Below are positions 27,462 to 37,800 of a stretch of 64,000 bases of DNA, in pieces. The position numbers were made by a program, and so were the translations under genes. Numbering within the stretch: the stretch's first letter is position 1; each line of letters starts with the position of its first letter. Source of the stretch: an uncultured archaeon. Its GTDB lineage: Archaea; Thermoproteota; EX4484-205; JAAOZP01. Below the pieces are notes generated by a model. The model did no database searches, was not told the origin of the DNA, and saw nothing but the letters and a program-made list of their open reading frames with translations. Location: NCBI GenBank assembly GCA_938045545.1, contig CALIBN010000024.1, positions 15,119 through 79,118 on the forward strand. The letters run 5' to 3'.

Positions 27462-30400
27462 TTAACCCTGAGGATTCTGGTTTACACCACTTTTCCCTGT
27501 TTTCCTCCCGCTCTCTTTGAAGCCTCTCCTCCTGCGCCTCATTCTCAGAGCGAGAGCAGCCAGCAGCGGGGTTACGGATATCAGTGGAAACAGGTTAACC
27601 CCCCGGTTACTCCAAACCCTAACCGAGTGTGGAACAGTGTTCTCAGAGTATGCTACAAGCACGACTGGGTTTAAACCCTGCCCGCCTGGAAGCTCCAGGG
27701 AAGTTTCCAGGCATGAACCGGGTTCAAGGTCTCCAAGGTTTTTCTCAAAATCCGTATCAACCACCTTAACCCTGACGCCTCTAACAACCAGATGCTTAGC
27801 GAGAGACCTGACCCTGACCCTGATCATCCTGCCGTCGTATTCAGCGTAGTCTATTCTCAGCGCAAGCCTCTCGTCGAAAAAGAGCCCTCCGGGAGGGCTT
27901 AGGAACACGGTCATGCTGGAGTTGTCACTCTGAACTTGAAGAATTCTTATCGAGCAGGATGTTTCCGGAGGATAGCCTTCAACCCTAATCCGCATAGGTA
28001 GGCTCACCATGCCAGCGTCAGCCTCCAGTCTTAGAAAAGCTTCAAACCCGTGCTGGTCGCCCTTTAAAACCAGGCTGCTCCAGTCGAGCCTGACGATCCT
28101 GACGCTGCAGTCCCCGACTGTCCTCCATATCCCTGAAGGATGCGGATCCCGTTTTAAAACCACTATCCTCTCCACGCAGGAAGCATTGTATTCAGAGTCG
28201 TTTAAAGCCAACCTTATTCTACCCTCGTCGTCTGACAGAACCCTTTTCGCGGATAGGCTCGTGTAGACGGGTAGGCTGCTCACCGGGGAACCGTTGTGAG
28301 CCCAGCGCGCCGTGGCGCAGAAAATCCTGGTTCCATTACGGTCTAAAATGTAGTCCGGGGTAATGTTGAAGGCTGTGAAAACAGCCTCGATGGTGAGCAC
28401 GTCGCTGCAAACGTTTTCTTCAAGCGCCTTCACATAGTAACGGTAAACGCCGGGCTTGGACTCTGTCCAGTTGAAGCTGACCCCGTTGCTGGAAACCAGG
28501 CTGCTTCTCACAACCGTCCCGTTTGAAGACACGACACCCATCCTGATTCCGCGGGCAATGCTCCCGTTGCCCTGCCACACCACTCTACGTATAGTGATGT
28601 TAAGGAGGTCCATTATGTTCAGCATGACCCTGAAGGAATAGTTTTCCAGAGGGATGTTGTTCACAAAGACCCTTGGCCCATTATCCTCAGGGTTGCCAAG
28701 CCTCACCCAGTTGGGAACCAGGGTTACGGTGCACGGCTCGACGCAAGGTAGGAAACCGACAGCGTTGAAGGACGCTTTGGAAACGCCTTTCTCAGGTATT
28801 CTAAGCCTGAAGGACGCGGGGCTCCTTCCAACGAGTCCGGTTTCAACCCATCTTACTTCAAGACCCTTAAGCGGCATGTTGTTGAAAGAGAGCCTTGCTG
28901 AAACCGTTACCTCAACCTCCTCCCCGGGTCTGCCGCCGACCACTGTTCTAGAGGCTTCCAGCAGTATTCTGGTGAAGACAACGCTGAGAGTAGCCTCACC
29001 CTCTATGAACCCGTCGCTCGCCTTAACCATTCCCTCGTAGGCAACATCCCTGCCTGTTAGCCTTAGCACAGCGGCGCCGTCGACCCCCGTCAGAGCGGAG
29101 GAGCCTGAAGGCTTAAACTCCACCAGCACGCTGGAGGCCGGTGTAAGGCTGTGAGAATACACTGCTTTAACTGAAAAACTTGATGAACCATTGTTGCAAG
29201 CATAGTAGGATTCTTCGAAGAACACAGCGTCTAGGCTTGAGACCTCAAGTCTGATCTTTGTGAAGACTATTCTCACGCAAGCCTCCTCGCTCAACCTGGC
29301 CCCGTTCTCGCCGACCGCGACGAAGGTTAACCAGGCTTCCCGGTCTTTTTGGGCGAATGAGAAAACCGCGTCGCCGTTCATCCCGGTTAAAGCATCTTTG
29401 CCTTCGGAATCCCTTATCCTGACTCCAGCCGCCGGACTGTCGTCATGAGAGAAATATGCTGAAACAGTGATGCTCACGGTGGAGCCGCTCCTAGCCCAGT
29501 AAACCCCGTTCCTAAGAACCCCGCCGGAGACGCTCTTTACAGTAAGCCTGTAGGATGACCATGTTACAGTGAAGGTCGCGTTCCCGCCGGTCGTAGAGCT
29601 TATACCCCTGTAAACCCCCTTGGGAGGGCTGAAGGAATATTTTCTGACACCTGGGCTGGATTCTGAAACACTGTAAACATCTATCTTAGAATATTCTCCA
29701 AGACAGTCGGAAACCTTAACCCTGAGCTCAACAGTCTCGCCGAGCATGCGTAAACCTAGATCGGTGGGCCCCAGGGGCTCGATCCTCATCGAGTCGAAGC
29801 GCAGGCTCATCTGGGGTAAGCTTATTGTAAGCGTCAACTCGTCGGTCCTGTTCTTGGATGAGAAGACAACTCTTCTGGTGAAAAATCCTCCGCCCAGCTT
29901 CTTCAACACGCAGCTACCGGTTTCAACCCCGCTGGCGGCCTCCTCCGCAACCCATCCGCCCGCGCTGTAAAACCTTATTTTCTGAGACCAGTGGACACTA
30001 GAGCCGCTGTTAGCCCACGCGTCCAAGCCCTCCACGAAAGTGCATCCAGTTATGTTTAAGCCTAGATACTCTATGCTTGTCACAAGATATTTTCCGGAGG
30101 CGAACCCGACCTCGTCGCCGTTGCTAATGGCTACGGCAACCCTACGGATACTGGCTTCACCGGAGCCCTCGTCGAAAACAGCGTCGATGGCGAAACCATC
30201 GCTAGGACTGACTGAGGGGGCTGGTTCTCCAACCATTATCACGACGGGGCTCGTGAAGACCCAGCTGTCCCTGTTAACCCCTTGGAAAACAGCTTTCTGA
30301 ACACTTCCCGGAGCTCCGCTTCCAGTCTTCTCAACGTTGCTCCACCTCGCCTTCCAACTCATGTTTCTCACGCCAGTCGCCTGGGGAAGCCTGAACGTGA

Positions 30401-31040
30401 AGACGTGTGTTACGCTTCCATCCAGGGTTGCCTCAGCAGTATGCGATTCAGCCTGGATGCTTCCACCCCCCTCAAGCCTAATGTCCATCGCAGCGTAGGC
30501 TAAGTCGCGCTCCTCGAAGCACGAGGAAACCTTAACACTGATGCCTATTGTAAGCCTAACCTCGTGCGTCCCCTGGCCCAGGACAGCGGCCTTAGAATAG
30601 CAGCGTGCCCACCAGTATTCTTTACCCAGCTCGTAGACCCTGACCCCGTCGACGTAAACCCTGAGATACTTATCCACAACTGTCCAGCCGTTTGGAACAG
30701 GGTTATGGTCGTTCCCGCAAACGTAAATCCCTGCCGAGAAGCCTTCCGGTATTATTACCCTTGCCGTCACTGACTTAGTATCGCTATACGTCCCCTGCCC
30801 AGCTCTGGCGTCGATATGAAGATAACCTGTTCCACCGTACCATATGCTTTCGCCGAATGAATAGCTTATTTGAACAGTATCCGTCCTTAAACCAGTCCAC
30901 GAGTAGAATGACGGCAAGCTTTCCGGATGCGCTTCAACCTGAACCAGGCATTGGAGCAGGACTATGACTGTGATTAGCAGCAGGGTTTTCCAAGCTTTTT
31001 TCGAAACCGGCATCCCGAAGAATCCTTGCCGCCGGCACAC
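27462..31040 (-). CDS. large secreted, C-terminally anchored Ig-like repeat protein
   Basis: Signal peptide, beta-rich repeats (SHxxxP...TxxxG.A), C-terminal TM followed by an Arg run. Confidence 0.7.
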   Translation of the reverse strand: MCRRQGFFGMPVSKKAWKTLLLITVIVLLQCLVQVEAHPESLPSFYSWTGLRTDTVQISYSFGESIWYGGTGYLHIDARAGQGTYSDTKSVTARVIIPEGFSAGIYVCGNDHNPVPNGWTVVDKYLRVYVDGVRVYELGKEYWWARCYSKAAVLGQGTHEVRLTIGISVKVSSCFEERDLAYAAMDIRLEGGGSIQAESHTAEATLDGSVTHVFTFRLPQATGVRNMSWKARWSNVEKTGSGAPGSVQKAVFQGVNRDSWVFTSPVVIMVGEPAPSVSPSDGFAIDAVFDEGSGEASIRRVAVAISNGDEVGFASGKYLVTSIEYLGLNITGCTFVEGLDAWANSGSSVHWSQKIRFYSAGGWVAEEAASGVETGSCVLKKLGGGFFTRRVVFSSKNRTDELTLTISLPQMSLRFDSMRIEPLGPTDLGLRMLGETVELRVKVSDCLGEYSKIDVYSVSESSPGVRKYSFSPPKGVYRGISSTTGGNATFTVTWSSYRLTVKSVSGGVLRNGVYWARSGSTVSITVSAYFSHDDSPAAGVRIRDSEGKDALTGMNGDAVFSFAQKDREAWLTFVAVGENGARLSEEACVRIVFTKIRLEVSSLDAVFFEESYYACNNGSSSFSVKAVYSHSLTPASSVLVEFKPSGSSALTGVDGAAVLRLTGRDVAYEGMVKASDGFIEGEATLSVVFTRILLEASRTVVGGRPGEEVEVTVSARLSFNNMPLKGLEVRWVETGLVGRSPASFRLRIPEKGVSKASFNAVGFLPCVEPCTVTLVPNWVRLGNPEDNGPRVFVNNIPLENYSFRVMLNIMDLLNITIRRVVWQGNGSIARGIRMGVVSSNGTVVRSSLVSSNGVSFNWTESKPGVYRYYVKALEENVCSDVLTIEAVFTAFNITPDYILDRNGTRIFCATARWAHNGSPVSSLPVYTSLSAKRVLSDDEGRIRLALNDSEYNASCVERIVVLKRDPHPSGIWRTVGDCSVRIVRLDWSSLVLKGDQHGFEAFLRLEADAGMVSLPMRIRVEGYPPETSCSIRILQVQSDNSSMTVFLSPPGGLFFDERLALRIDYAEYDGRMIRVRVRSLAKHLVVRGVRVKVVDTDFEKNLGDLEPGSCLETSLELPGGQGLNPVVLVAYSENTVPHSVRVWSNRGVNLFPLISVTPLLAALALRMRRRRRGFKESGRKTGKSGVNQNPQG

Positions 31041-31928
31041 TTAAGCGCCAATATTGTTCGAAACAGCCTTGGCGAGGCTGTGAAAATCTTGGACAGTAAG
31101 CTCTAAAACCCTACTGGCCTCTGGAACAAGATGGAAAACATTGGAGTAAACCCGTTTACCCCTTTCCCCGTATAGCCGTTCAAGGCTGTTTCTCAAAACT
31201 GTTCTCGCAAGCCTGTTTCTCTGGCTGAACATCGCTCTAAGCAGGCCTTCCAGAATACCCGTGTCCACCTCTATCCTAGAAGGCTTAATGTAGAGAACTG
31301 CGTGAGCAACCTTAGGCCTAGGGTAGAACGAGGAGGATGGGAAAAAACCTAGTATACGGGGCTCAGCCATGGTGTTAACAGAGACTGTTAGCCTGCCGTA
31401 TTCCCTGGTTCCCGGTTTCGAGACAATTCTCTCAGCAACCTCCCTCTGCACCGTGATCACAGCCCTCTCATAGTTCTGCTCCAGAATCCTGAATATCACC
31501 GGGGTTGAAACATGGTATGGGATGTTTCCAGTGTAGACATTACCCTTCAAATCCATCTTCATGAAGTCTCCTTGAACCACCTCGACGTTATTAAAGGCTG
31601 AGAACCGGTCTTTCAATACCCTTACCAGCGCGGGGTCTATTTCAACAGCCTTAACCTTTGAACCGTGCTTAGCCAGTTCAAAAGTCAGTGTCCCCAATCC
31701 GGCCCCAATCTCAACAATAGTATCGCTGGGCTTGGGCTGAACGTTTTCAACCACTGTTCTCACCAGAAGCTCGTCTACGACGAAGCTTTGGCTAAGCCTC
31801 TTCTTAGGCCTTATCCCATATTTCCTGATCAGACGGATCGTCTCAGCGAGAAGGTTTTCACGGTAAGGGTGGGGCCTGCTCCCGCCTGCTTGGGAGCCTA
31901 CCCTCCTTCTAGTCGACATGCAGCTCAA
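31041..31928 (-). CDS. rsmA: 16S rRNA dimethyladenosine transferase KsgA/Dim1
   Basis: LSQSF, VEIGAGLGTLT, GNIPYHVS and QREVAERI motifs. Confidence 0.95.
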   Translation of the reverse strand: MSCMSTRRRVGSQAGGSRPHPYRENLLAETIRLIRKYGIRPKKRLSQSFVVDELLVRTVVENVQPKPSDTIVEIGAGLGTLTFELAKHGSKVKAVEIDPALVRVLKDRFSAFNNVEVVQGDFMKMDLKGNVYTGNIPYHVSTPVIFRILEQNYERAVITVQREVAERIVSKPGTREYGRLTVSVNTMAEPRILGFFPSSSFYPRPKVAHAVLYIKPSRIEVDTGILEGLLRAMFSQRNRLARTVLRNSLERLYGERGKRVYSNVFHLVPEASRVLELTVQDFHSLAKAVSNNIGA

Positions 31929-33372
31929 GCGTGTACACGCTTATCGCCTTCAACAATGGGAAGGCCATGTTCGGCGGAGTGTGTTCCACGCATAGCTCAA
32001 CGTTAATCCTGTAAACGCCTCTAGCAATAGTCCTCTTCAACTCCAAGCTTAGGAATACGAATCTCGCTTCCCCGACGGTTATGTTCACCCTTTCAATGCT
32101 AACCCCCATTTTCGGAAACCCTTCTCCTGTCGAAAAGTAGAACATGCCTAAATCCGGGTCCGTCGAGTTATACTTGCTTACTCTGAGTATAACCTCCCCC
32201 TCAAACCCATTTAAAGAGCCCAATAGAAAATCGACGGTGGTCTTCCCGCCGGGAGAAGCGTCGACGCGTGAAAAGTATGCTACTATGCTTGGGGCGGGCT
32301 CATTATATGTTGAGGAAACGTTCGCAACCCCCAGCTTAACCCCTTTAACCTCCATCCTTGACGAGGTTTCCACGATGAACGTTAAAACATTTATGCCGAA
32401 GAGGGAGCGCTCATCTATCTGCATAGTCATAACCACCCCGCTGTAGTTCCTCGGCGTTAAGAAGAAGTCGCTGCCGTTAAACTCGTTCAGAAAGAGACCA
32501 ATATGGCTCGAGTAAACATGCACTGTTTCGTCGAAACCGTAGATGGGTTTAACTTTCACCAGTATGTTCACAACGTCACCCGGCTTAGCAATCGTGATGT
32601 TCGGTTGGAAGAGTATTTGAAAGTCTGGCGGAGGAGCCTCTGAAACCTCTACCGTCAGGTTCACAAGAGCCTGATGGCTAGTCGAGTTTAAAACAACCGT
32701 GAAATTGTTAACGCCCACAGGGGTGCTCCTGTTCGTTTTAACGATTATCTGATCTCTTTTCACACCTTTCTCTATAATGCTTTTCTCGGGCGTTGAGCCC
32801 GGCAGGCCCATTATGGAAACACCTATGGTCTCGTTGAAACCGGCGTGCGGGGTTATTGAAATGTTCAGCAGGAACGCTTCGGTCTGAATGATGCTTCCTG
32901 GTTGAAGGCTAACGCTCGCTTCAAACCAGGGCTTCTCAACCTCCTTAACGACTATCGTGAGCCTCGTTTTCCTCTCAACCTCCAGGTAGGAGCCTGAGAC
33001 ATTAACAGGGTATGTGCCAGGGAGGAGACCAGTGGTGTTCAGCGTGAGGATGGCGTTCCTCGAGGAAGGTGTTAAAACCCAGTTTGAAACCGAGTAGTCT
33101 ATTTCGCCGGGTTTTTCAATCTTAAGGGTTACGCTGCCCTGGAAGGCGCCCTCCGGCACAAGGGTTATGAGCGTATTCACAACCTTGCCTGGGAGAACCT
33201 CCACCCGGGTAGTGTTCAACTCCAGTCTGAAATCGTACACGGACGGCGGGGGGGTGAGGACCTTGGTGAACAGGAAGTAGACGAGGACTACTGCTAGCAA
33301 AGCCACTGCGACTATCACAATGATGGGAAGCATTCTTCTAATCTTCTCCTCATTCTCTCCCGGCTCGAACAA
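31909..33372 (-). CDS. N-terminally anchored Ig-like repeat protein
   Basis: TM helix, then repeated beta modules (GFxxxV.L, PDF). Confidence 0.7.
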   Translation of the reverse strand: MFEPGENEEKIRRMLPIIVIVAVALLAVVLVYFLFTKVLTPPPSVYDFRLELNTTRVEVLPGKVVNTLITLVPEGAFQGSVTLKIEKPGEIDYSVSNWVLTPSSRNAILTLNTTGLLPGTYPVNVSGSYLEVERKTRLTIVVKEVEKPWFEASVSLQPGSIIQTEAFLLNISITPHAGFNETIGVSIMGLPGSTPEKSIIEKGVKRDQIIVKTNRSTPVGVNNFTVVLNSTSHQALVNLTVEVSEAPPPDFQILFQPNITIAKPGDVVNILVKVKPIYGFDETVHVYSSHIGLFLNEFNGSDFFLTPRNYSGVVMTMQIDERSLFGINVLTFIVETSSRMEVKGVKLGVANVSSTYNEPAPSIVAYFSRVDASPGGKTTVDFLLGSLNGFEGEVILRVSKYNSTDPDLGMFYFSTGEGFPKMGVSIERVNITVGEARFVFLSLELKRTIARGVYRINVELCVEHTPPNMAFPLLKAISVYTLELHVD

Positions 33373-33460
33373 GTATCGTTTCTAATGGTGAAGAAGGATT
33401 TTTAAAGTTCTCGTTTAAAACAGGGATATCTTTAAAGCCTCCTCCAGCCCATATCGGCTC

Positions 33461-34675
33461 ATGCCACTAGACCCTTACACCGTCAGAGAGGATTTTCCTA
33501 TTCTGAAGAGGGTTGTAAACGGTAAAAGCCTTGTTTACTTTAACAATGCTGCGACAACCCAGAAGCCTGTTCAGGTTGTTGAGGCTATAAAAGACTATTA
33601 CTACAATTATAATTCCGACGTTCTGCGCAGCGTAAACACGTTGAGCTCCCAGGCGACTGACCTCTACATGGAGGCTAGGCGTAAAATAGCCGGGTTCATA
33701 GGCGCCGGCGAGGATGAGATTGTCTTCACTAGAAACACGACCGAGGGCTTAAACATGGTTGCGGAGGCGCTTTCAGGGCGGATCGGCAGAGGGTCTCTGG
33801 TCGTCACCAGCATAATGGAGCACCACAGCAACCTTTTGCCTTGGAGGAGAATAGTAGCTAGAAAGGGCGGGAGGCTGACCGTGGTGGGGATGAACAGGGA
33901 TTTCACGATAGACATGGACATGGTTGAGAAAAGCCTTGAAGAGGGTTGTGAAATACTTACTACTCTGCATGTTTCCAACGTTCTCGGGACTGTTAACCCT
34001 GTTAAAGAGCTTTCCAAGCTTGCCCACAAGCATGGGTGCCTCTTCATTCTCGACGCTGCCCAGAGCGTGCCGCACATGCCTTTCAACGTTAAGGATGTTG
34101 AACCGGATGCTACTGCTTTCAGCGGACACAAGATGCTTGGGCCTACAGGCATAGGCGTATTATACGTTAAGAGGAGTATTCTGGAGGAGGTTGAGCCCAT
34201 GCTTCTAGGAGGCGGGATGGTGAAGACGGTGACTCTTGAAACCCAGGTTTACGAGGATATTCCCTTCAGGTTTGAAGCCGGCACCCCTAATGTTGAGGGT
34301 GTAATCGGGCTGGCTGCTGCTGTCGATTACCTCCGCAAGATCGGGTTGGAGAACATTGCTGAACACGAGTCGAAACTGGTTAAGCATCTCCTTGAAGGCT
34401 TAGATAGGAGCTTTGTTGAAGTCTACGGGCCTGGAGAGGCTGATAAGCATGCCGGAATCTTAAGCTTCAACGTTAAGGGTGTTCATCCCCATGACGTCGC
34501 CCAGTTTCTAGACGCAGACGGGATCATGATAAGGTCAGGTGCCCTCTGTGCTGAGCCGCTTGTGAACGCTCTGGGAGCAAGCGCTGTTGCCAGAGTAAGC
34601 TTCTACCTCTACAACACTCTGGAGGAGGTCGATATGTTTCACGAGTCCCTCAGAAGGATGAGGATGCTCATGTAG
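33461..34675 (+). CDS. sufS: cysteine desulfurase, SufS subfamily
   Basis: NAATTQKP, MEHHSN, DAAQSVPH, FSGHKMLGPTG and RSGALCA motifs. Confidence 0.93.
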   Translation: MPLDPYTVREDFPILKRVVNGKSLVYFNNAATTQKPVQVVEAIKDYYYNYNSDVLRSVNTLSSQATDLYMEARRKIAGFIGAGEDEIVFTRNTTEGLNMVAEALSGRIGRGSLVVTSIMEHHSNLLPWRRIVARKGGRLTVVGMNRDFTIDMDMVEKSLEEGCEILTTLHVSNVLGTVNPVKELSKLAHKHGCLFILDAAQSVPHMPFNVKDVEPDATAFSGHKMLGPTGIGVLYVKRSILEEVEPMLLGGGMVKTVTLETQVYEDIPFRFEAGTPNVEGVIGLAAAVDYLRKIGLENIAEHESKLVKHLLEGLDRSFVEVYGPGEADKHAGILSFNVKGVHPHDVAQFLDADGIMIRSGALCAEPLVNALGASAVARVSFYLYNTLEEVDMFHESLRRMRMLM

Positions 34676-34761
34676 CTGTTGAACGGGGTGGGGAAACAAC
34701 GGGGGGTTCAGAGGGTCTCCGCGAGCTTTTAAAACGGTTTAAAAACACTGCTAATTACGGT

Positions 34762-35076
34762 GTGATTGAGAATGCTGACGCCGTCTCGGAGGAGACCGAT
34801 TACTCTTGCGGAGACAGGCTGAAAATGTTTTTCAAGCTTGAGGGGAGAAAGATTGTGGACGTTAAGTTTACTTCCGAGGCATGCCTGTTCTGCAACGCTT
34901 CAGCATCCCTACTCGCCGACCTGGCTAAAGGTAGGACTATTGAGCAGGCTCTTAGTATTAAAGAAGAAGATCTTTTAAGACTGTTCAACACTGATTCTAA
35001 AAGCCCTCGCTACCGCTGTATAATCCTCCCCCTGAGGGTCTTGAAGAAGGCCCTCCAAGGGTTTGAGAAAGGCTAG
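34762..35076 (+). CDS. SufU/IscU-type scaffold (N-terminus probably extends upstream)
   Basis: SCGD, ACLFCNASAS and RCIILP motifs; adjacent to sufS. Confidence 0.85.
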   Translation: MIENADAVSEETDYSCGDRLKMFFKLEGRKIVDVKFTSEACLFCNASASLLADLAKGRTIEQALSIKEEDLLRLFNTDSKSPRYRCIILPLRVLKKALQGFEKG

Positions 35077-35738
35077 GCCTCACTGTTTTCCTCAGGTCTT
35101 TTCGACAGGATCTCGACCCAAGGGTTGTCTCTTAAGAAGGATGGGAGCCCACCCGTCTCAGCCGGTTCCCCCCCGCCTGAGAACTTTTTTTGAACAGGCT
35201 CCTCCGCAACCATCGTTTTCCTCTCCACGGTTCTCCTCAGCTCCCTGACTTCCCTCAACAGTGAGAAGTATGCTTTTTCAAGCGAGTCAACTCTTTCAGA
35301 AAGCTCTCTGATCATGGACTCTATTCTGACAAGGCTTCTCTCGAGAGACCGGGTTTCAACAGGCCTCTGAGCCTGCCTGTTCACAGTCTTCCTAAACCTG
35401 TTCTCCGCAGGAACCTTCTCCTCCGCGCCGTAGTCATCGTACAGGATTAGCCCGACGCCCTTCTTCATGAAGGAAGCTGTCTCGGCATCTTCCCCGACGA
35501 TTCTGGGGGCGGCCACGTAAACCATGCTGTACTCCTTCGCTTTTTCAAGCACGGAGGCCAGGGCCTCGTAGAGAACAACCCTGTCAGCCTCCTCCTCGAA
35601 AAGTATTTTCACCAATGCTTCCTCCCTGCCGTTTGAAAAAACAAGCTCCCCCTTCTCCTCGTCATAGTCAGTAGCCTGAAAACCCTGTTTAGAAAAGTAT
35701 TTTTCAACCCTCTGAATAACCCTTCTGGAGAGGCTCAT
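35073..35738 (-). CDS. arcadin-2-like crenactin regulator
   Basis: ATGA overlap with the actin stop; coiled coil; C-terminal DNPWVEILSKR resembles the arcadin-2 crenactin-binding helix. Confidence 0.7.
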   Translation of the reverse strand: MSLSRRVIQRVEKYFSKQGFQATDYDEEKGELVFSNGREEALVKILFEEEADRVVLYEALASVLEKAKEYSMVYVAAPRIVGEDAETASFMKKGVGLILYDDYGAEEKVPAENRFRKTVNRQAQRPVETRSLERSLVRIESMIRELSERVDSLEKAYFSLLREVRELRRTVERKTMVAEEPVQKKFSGGGEPAETGGLPSFLRDNPWVEILSKRPEENSEA

Positions 35739-37003
35739 CTGAACCCCATCCATCCCTCCATCCTGTCCCAGCTCCACCTGAAACCCTCGGGGACAGCGTA
35801 GCCGTAAACTATGCATCCCCTCCAGACAGAGTACTTCGGGGAGCTCGCCATCACGACTCCTGCTTCCGAAACTCCTTTCTCGCTGAGCATCGTCTTAATC
35901 TTGTCAACCGCGTTTACACACGTGTTTTCAAGGCCCGGGGGGACTCTCCACTCGAAGTTCCCGCCGGAGAGTATTATCTGCCTGTATAGGTATGGTTGAA
36001 GCTCAACCGGGCATTTTTCGATTGACTGCAATATTGCCTCAGCCATGTCAATCATCCCTAGGAAAAACGTGTCCCCCACCTTAACATCCCCGGGCCGAGG
36101 CATTCCCCTTGTGAAATAGCTTTGAAAAACCTCGTGGTTAGGGTTGAAAACATACTCGCCGATGAGGAACCTTAGCCAACCGTTATCTTCAAGCGTGATC
36201 CTCAGCCTGGTTCCAGGTATGTTTACCACTGCGGCCAGCCTATCCGGGTTCTCCTTTCCAAACCTTATCGCCTCCTCAAGCCTCCTAGGCACTAGGCCAA
36301 CCTGCTCCTTGATCTGTCTGACGACAGTCTCCTCCTTGGCGAGGTCGCTGTATCCACTGTCCTTCAGTATCTCTGCCGTTATAGAGTTAGCATCCCCACC
36401 GCCCCTGTTTAGAGCGATGATGGCTGTTCTAACAGGGTATCTCGAGATCGGGGTTATCTGAGTGTTGCCATGTCCAGACTCTACGACGACGCTCGTCGGA
36501 ACCTTGTGGGATATCGCGACCGCCAGGGGCTGCGGGATTATCGTGGCCGCCGCAATAGTGTGTTCCTCGGAATCAATCCTCCTGTAGATGTCGAAAAGCT
36601 TCTCATACATGTATCTCGGCGCGACTGCTGACAGGGAGGCTACAACGTAGAAACCGTTGAAACCCTCCTCCTTCGGCGTGAACTCTCTGAGGGCCATTCG
36701 AGAAACCTCTTCAACAACCTGCCAGGCTCTACTGTCGTTCTTATCTATTACGCCGTTTCTAAAAGGGTAGACGAGTCTTGAAGGCAGGTCTTCTCTCGCC
36801 TCCAAGTACAGAGGGATATCCTTTCCCACTACAACCTCCCTGCCCTCTCCCATTATCCTCGTCATAATCGAATCCTTATCCGGGAAATAGCCTCTGTTCT
36901 CAGTCACCTCCGGTGTTTCACCCAGAGAGATCGGGCCATACTTGATGAAGCTCGTCCCATAATCCATTCCAAGCACGTGTGAACGCTTATACGTCTCGGA
37001 CAA
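35735..37003 (-). CDS. crenactin (archaeal actin)
   Basis: Phosphate-1 GMDYGTSFIKYG, YPFRNGVI, phosphate-2 ESGHGNTQITPI, adenosine ILSGGN, SVWRG. Confidence 0.9.
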   Translation of the reverse strand: MSETYKRSHVLGMDYGTSFIKYGPISLGETPEVTENRGYFPDKDSIMTRIMGEGREVVVGKDIPLYLEAREDLPSRLVYPFRNGVIDKNDSRAWQVVEEVSRMALREFTPKEEGFNGFYVVASLSAVAPRYMYEKLFDIYRRIDSEEHTIAAATIIPQPLAVAISHKVPTSVVVESGHGNTQITPISRYPVRTAIIALNRGGGDANSITAEILKDSGYSDLAKEETVVRQIKEQVGLVPRRLEEAIRFGKENPDRLAAVVNIPGTRLRITLEDNGWLRFLIGEYVFNPNHEVFQSYFTRGMPRPGDVKVGDTFFLGMIDMAEAILQSIEKCPVELQPYLYRQIILSGGNFEWRVPPGLENTCVNAVDKIKTMLSEKGVSEAGVVMASSPKYSVWRGCIVYGYAVPEGFRWSWDRMEGWMGFR

Positions 37004-37125
37004 TCCTCCCTCACACTCTTCTACTAATGCTTCCTTTAAACCATTTAAAAAACTACTGGTGCACGTTAAAACTCCACCGTCCCTGCCTCAGGCCTTCTTA
37101 ACCGTTTCTAAAGGGTGAACAGGGG

Positions 37126-37644
37126 CTAAAGCCTCAGCATGCTTCTCAGCCTTTCTGAAACAGTCCTGCTCCTCCTTTTTTTTCCGGAAAGAATCCTTGA
37201 AACCATGTTCATCCCCCTGTTGGGTTTGAAAAGCCTGTAGGAAAAAGTGGCAACCCCCTTATCAGGGTAGGTTGAAACCCTCACCCCAATCCCCTCGATG
37301 AAGAAGTTTTCGCCCAATCCTTGGAACTGTTCAATACTGCCCCTGACAGTAACGTAGGCTTCAACATGCTCGCACAGCTCAAGAATACCGTCGACAATCC
37401 TGTCAGCCATCAAGGGGTTTCTCAAACCGGAGAAATGGAGTGAAGCATGCAGGGTTTTCCCAAGCTCCTCCTCGTGGAAAAGCGTAAGGCTGAAATCCTC
37501 GTAAACCTCTGTGCGGAGCCTTGTTGAAACGTGTCTAGAGATCTTTTTAAGGGATTCGACCAGCAGAGGCCAGTATCCGCCGGGCTTCTCAAAATAGGCC
37601 TCCACTCTCATGAAATACTCCTGCTTTTCCAGCGGGCTGGTCAT
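37126..37644 (-). CDS. hypothetical protein upstream of crenactin
   Basis: 172-aa ORF co-oriented with the actin gene; no motif recognised. Confidence 0.6.
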   Translation of the reverse strand: MTSPLEKQEYFMRVEAYFEKPGGYWPLLVESLKKISRHVSTRLRTEVYEDFSLTLFHEEELGKTLHASLHFSGLRNPLMADRIVDGILELCEHVEAYVTVRGSIEQFQGLGENFFIEGIGVRVSTYPDKGVATFSYRLFKPNRGMNMVSRILSGKKRRSRTVSERLRSMLRL

Positions 37645-37800
37645 CAGCCTAATATTGCGGTGCCGGAGGGAGAGATTAAAACATTACCTTAAGCCACCCT
37701 TCCCCCTGCGGATATACCGGTTTGAAAGGGTTGCCCCACACGATTGGCTTTTAAGCGAATGGGGAAGCTTTAAAACAGGAGGTTAAAGCCCAGTTTTAAA

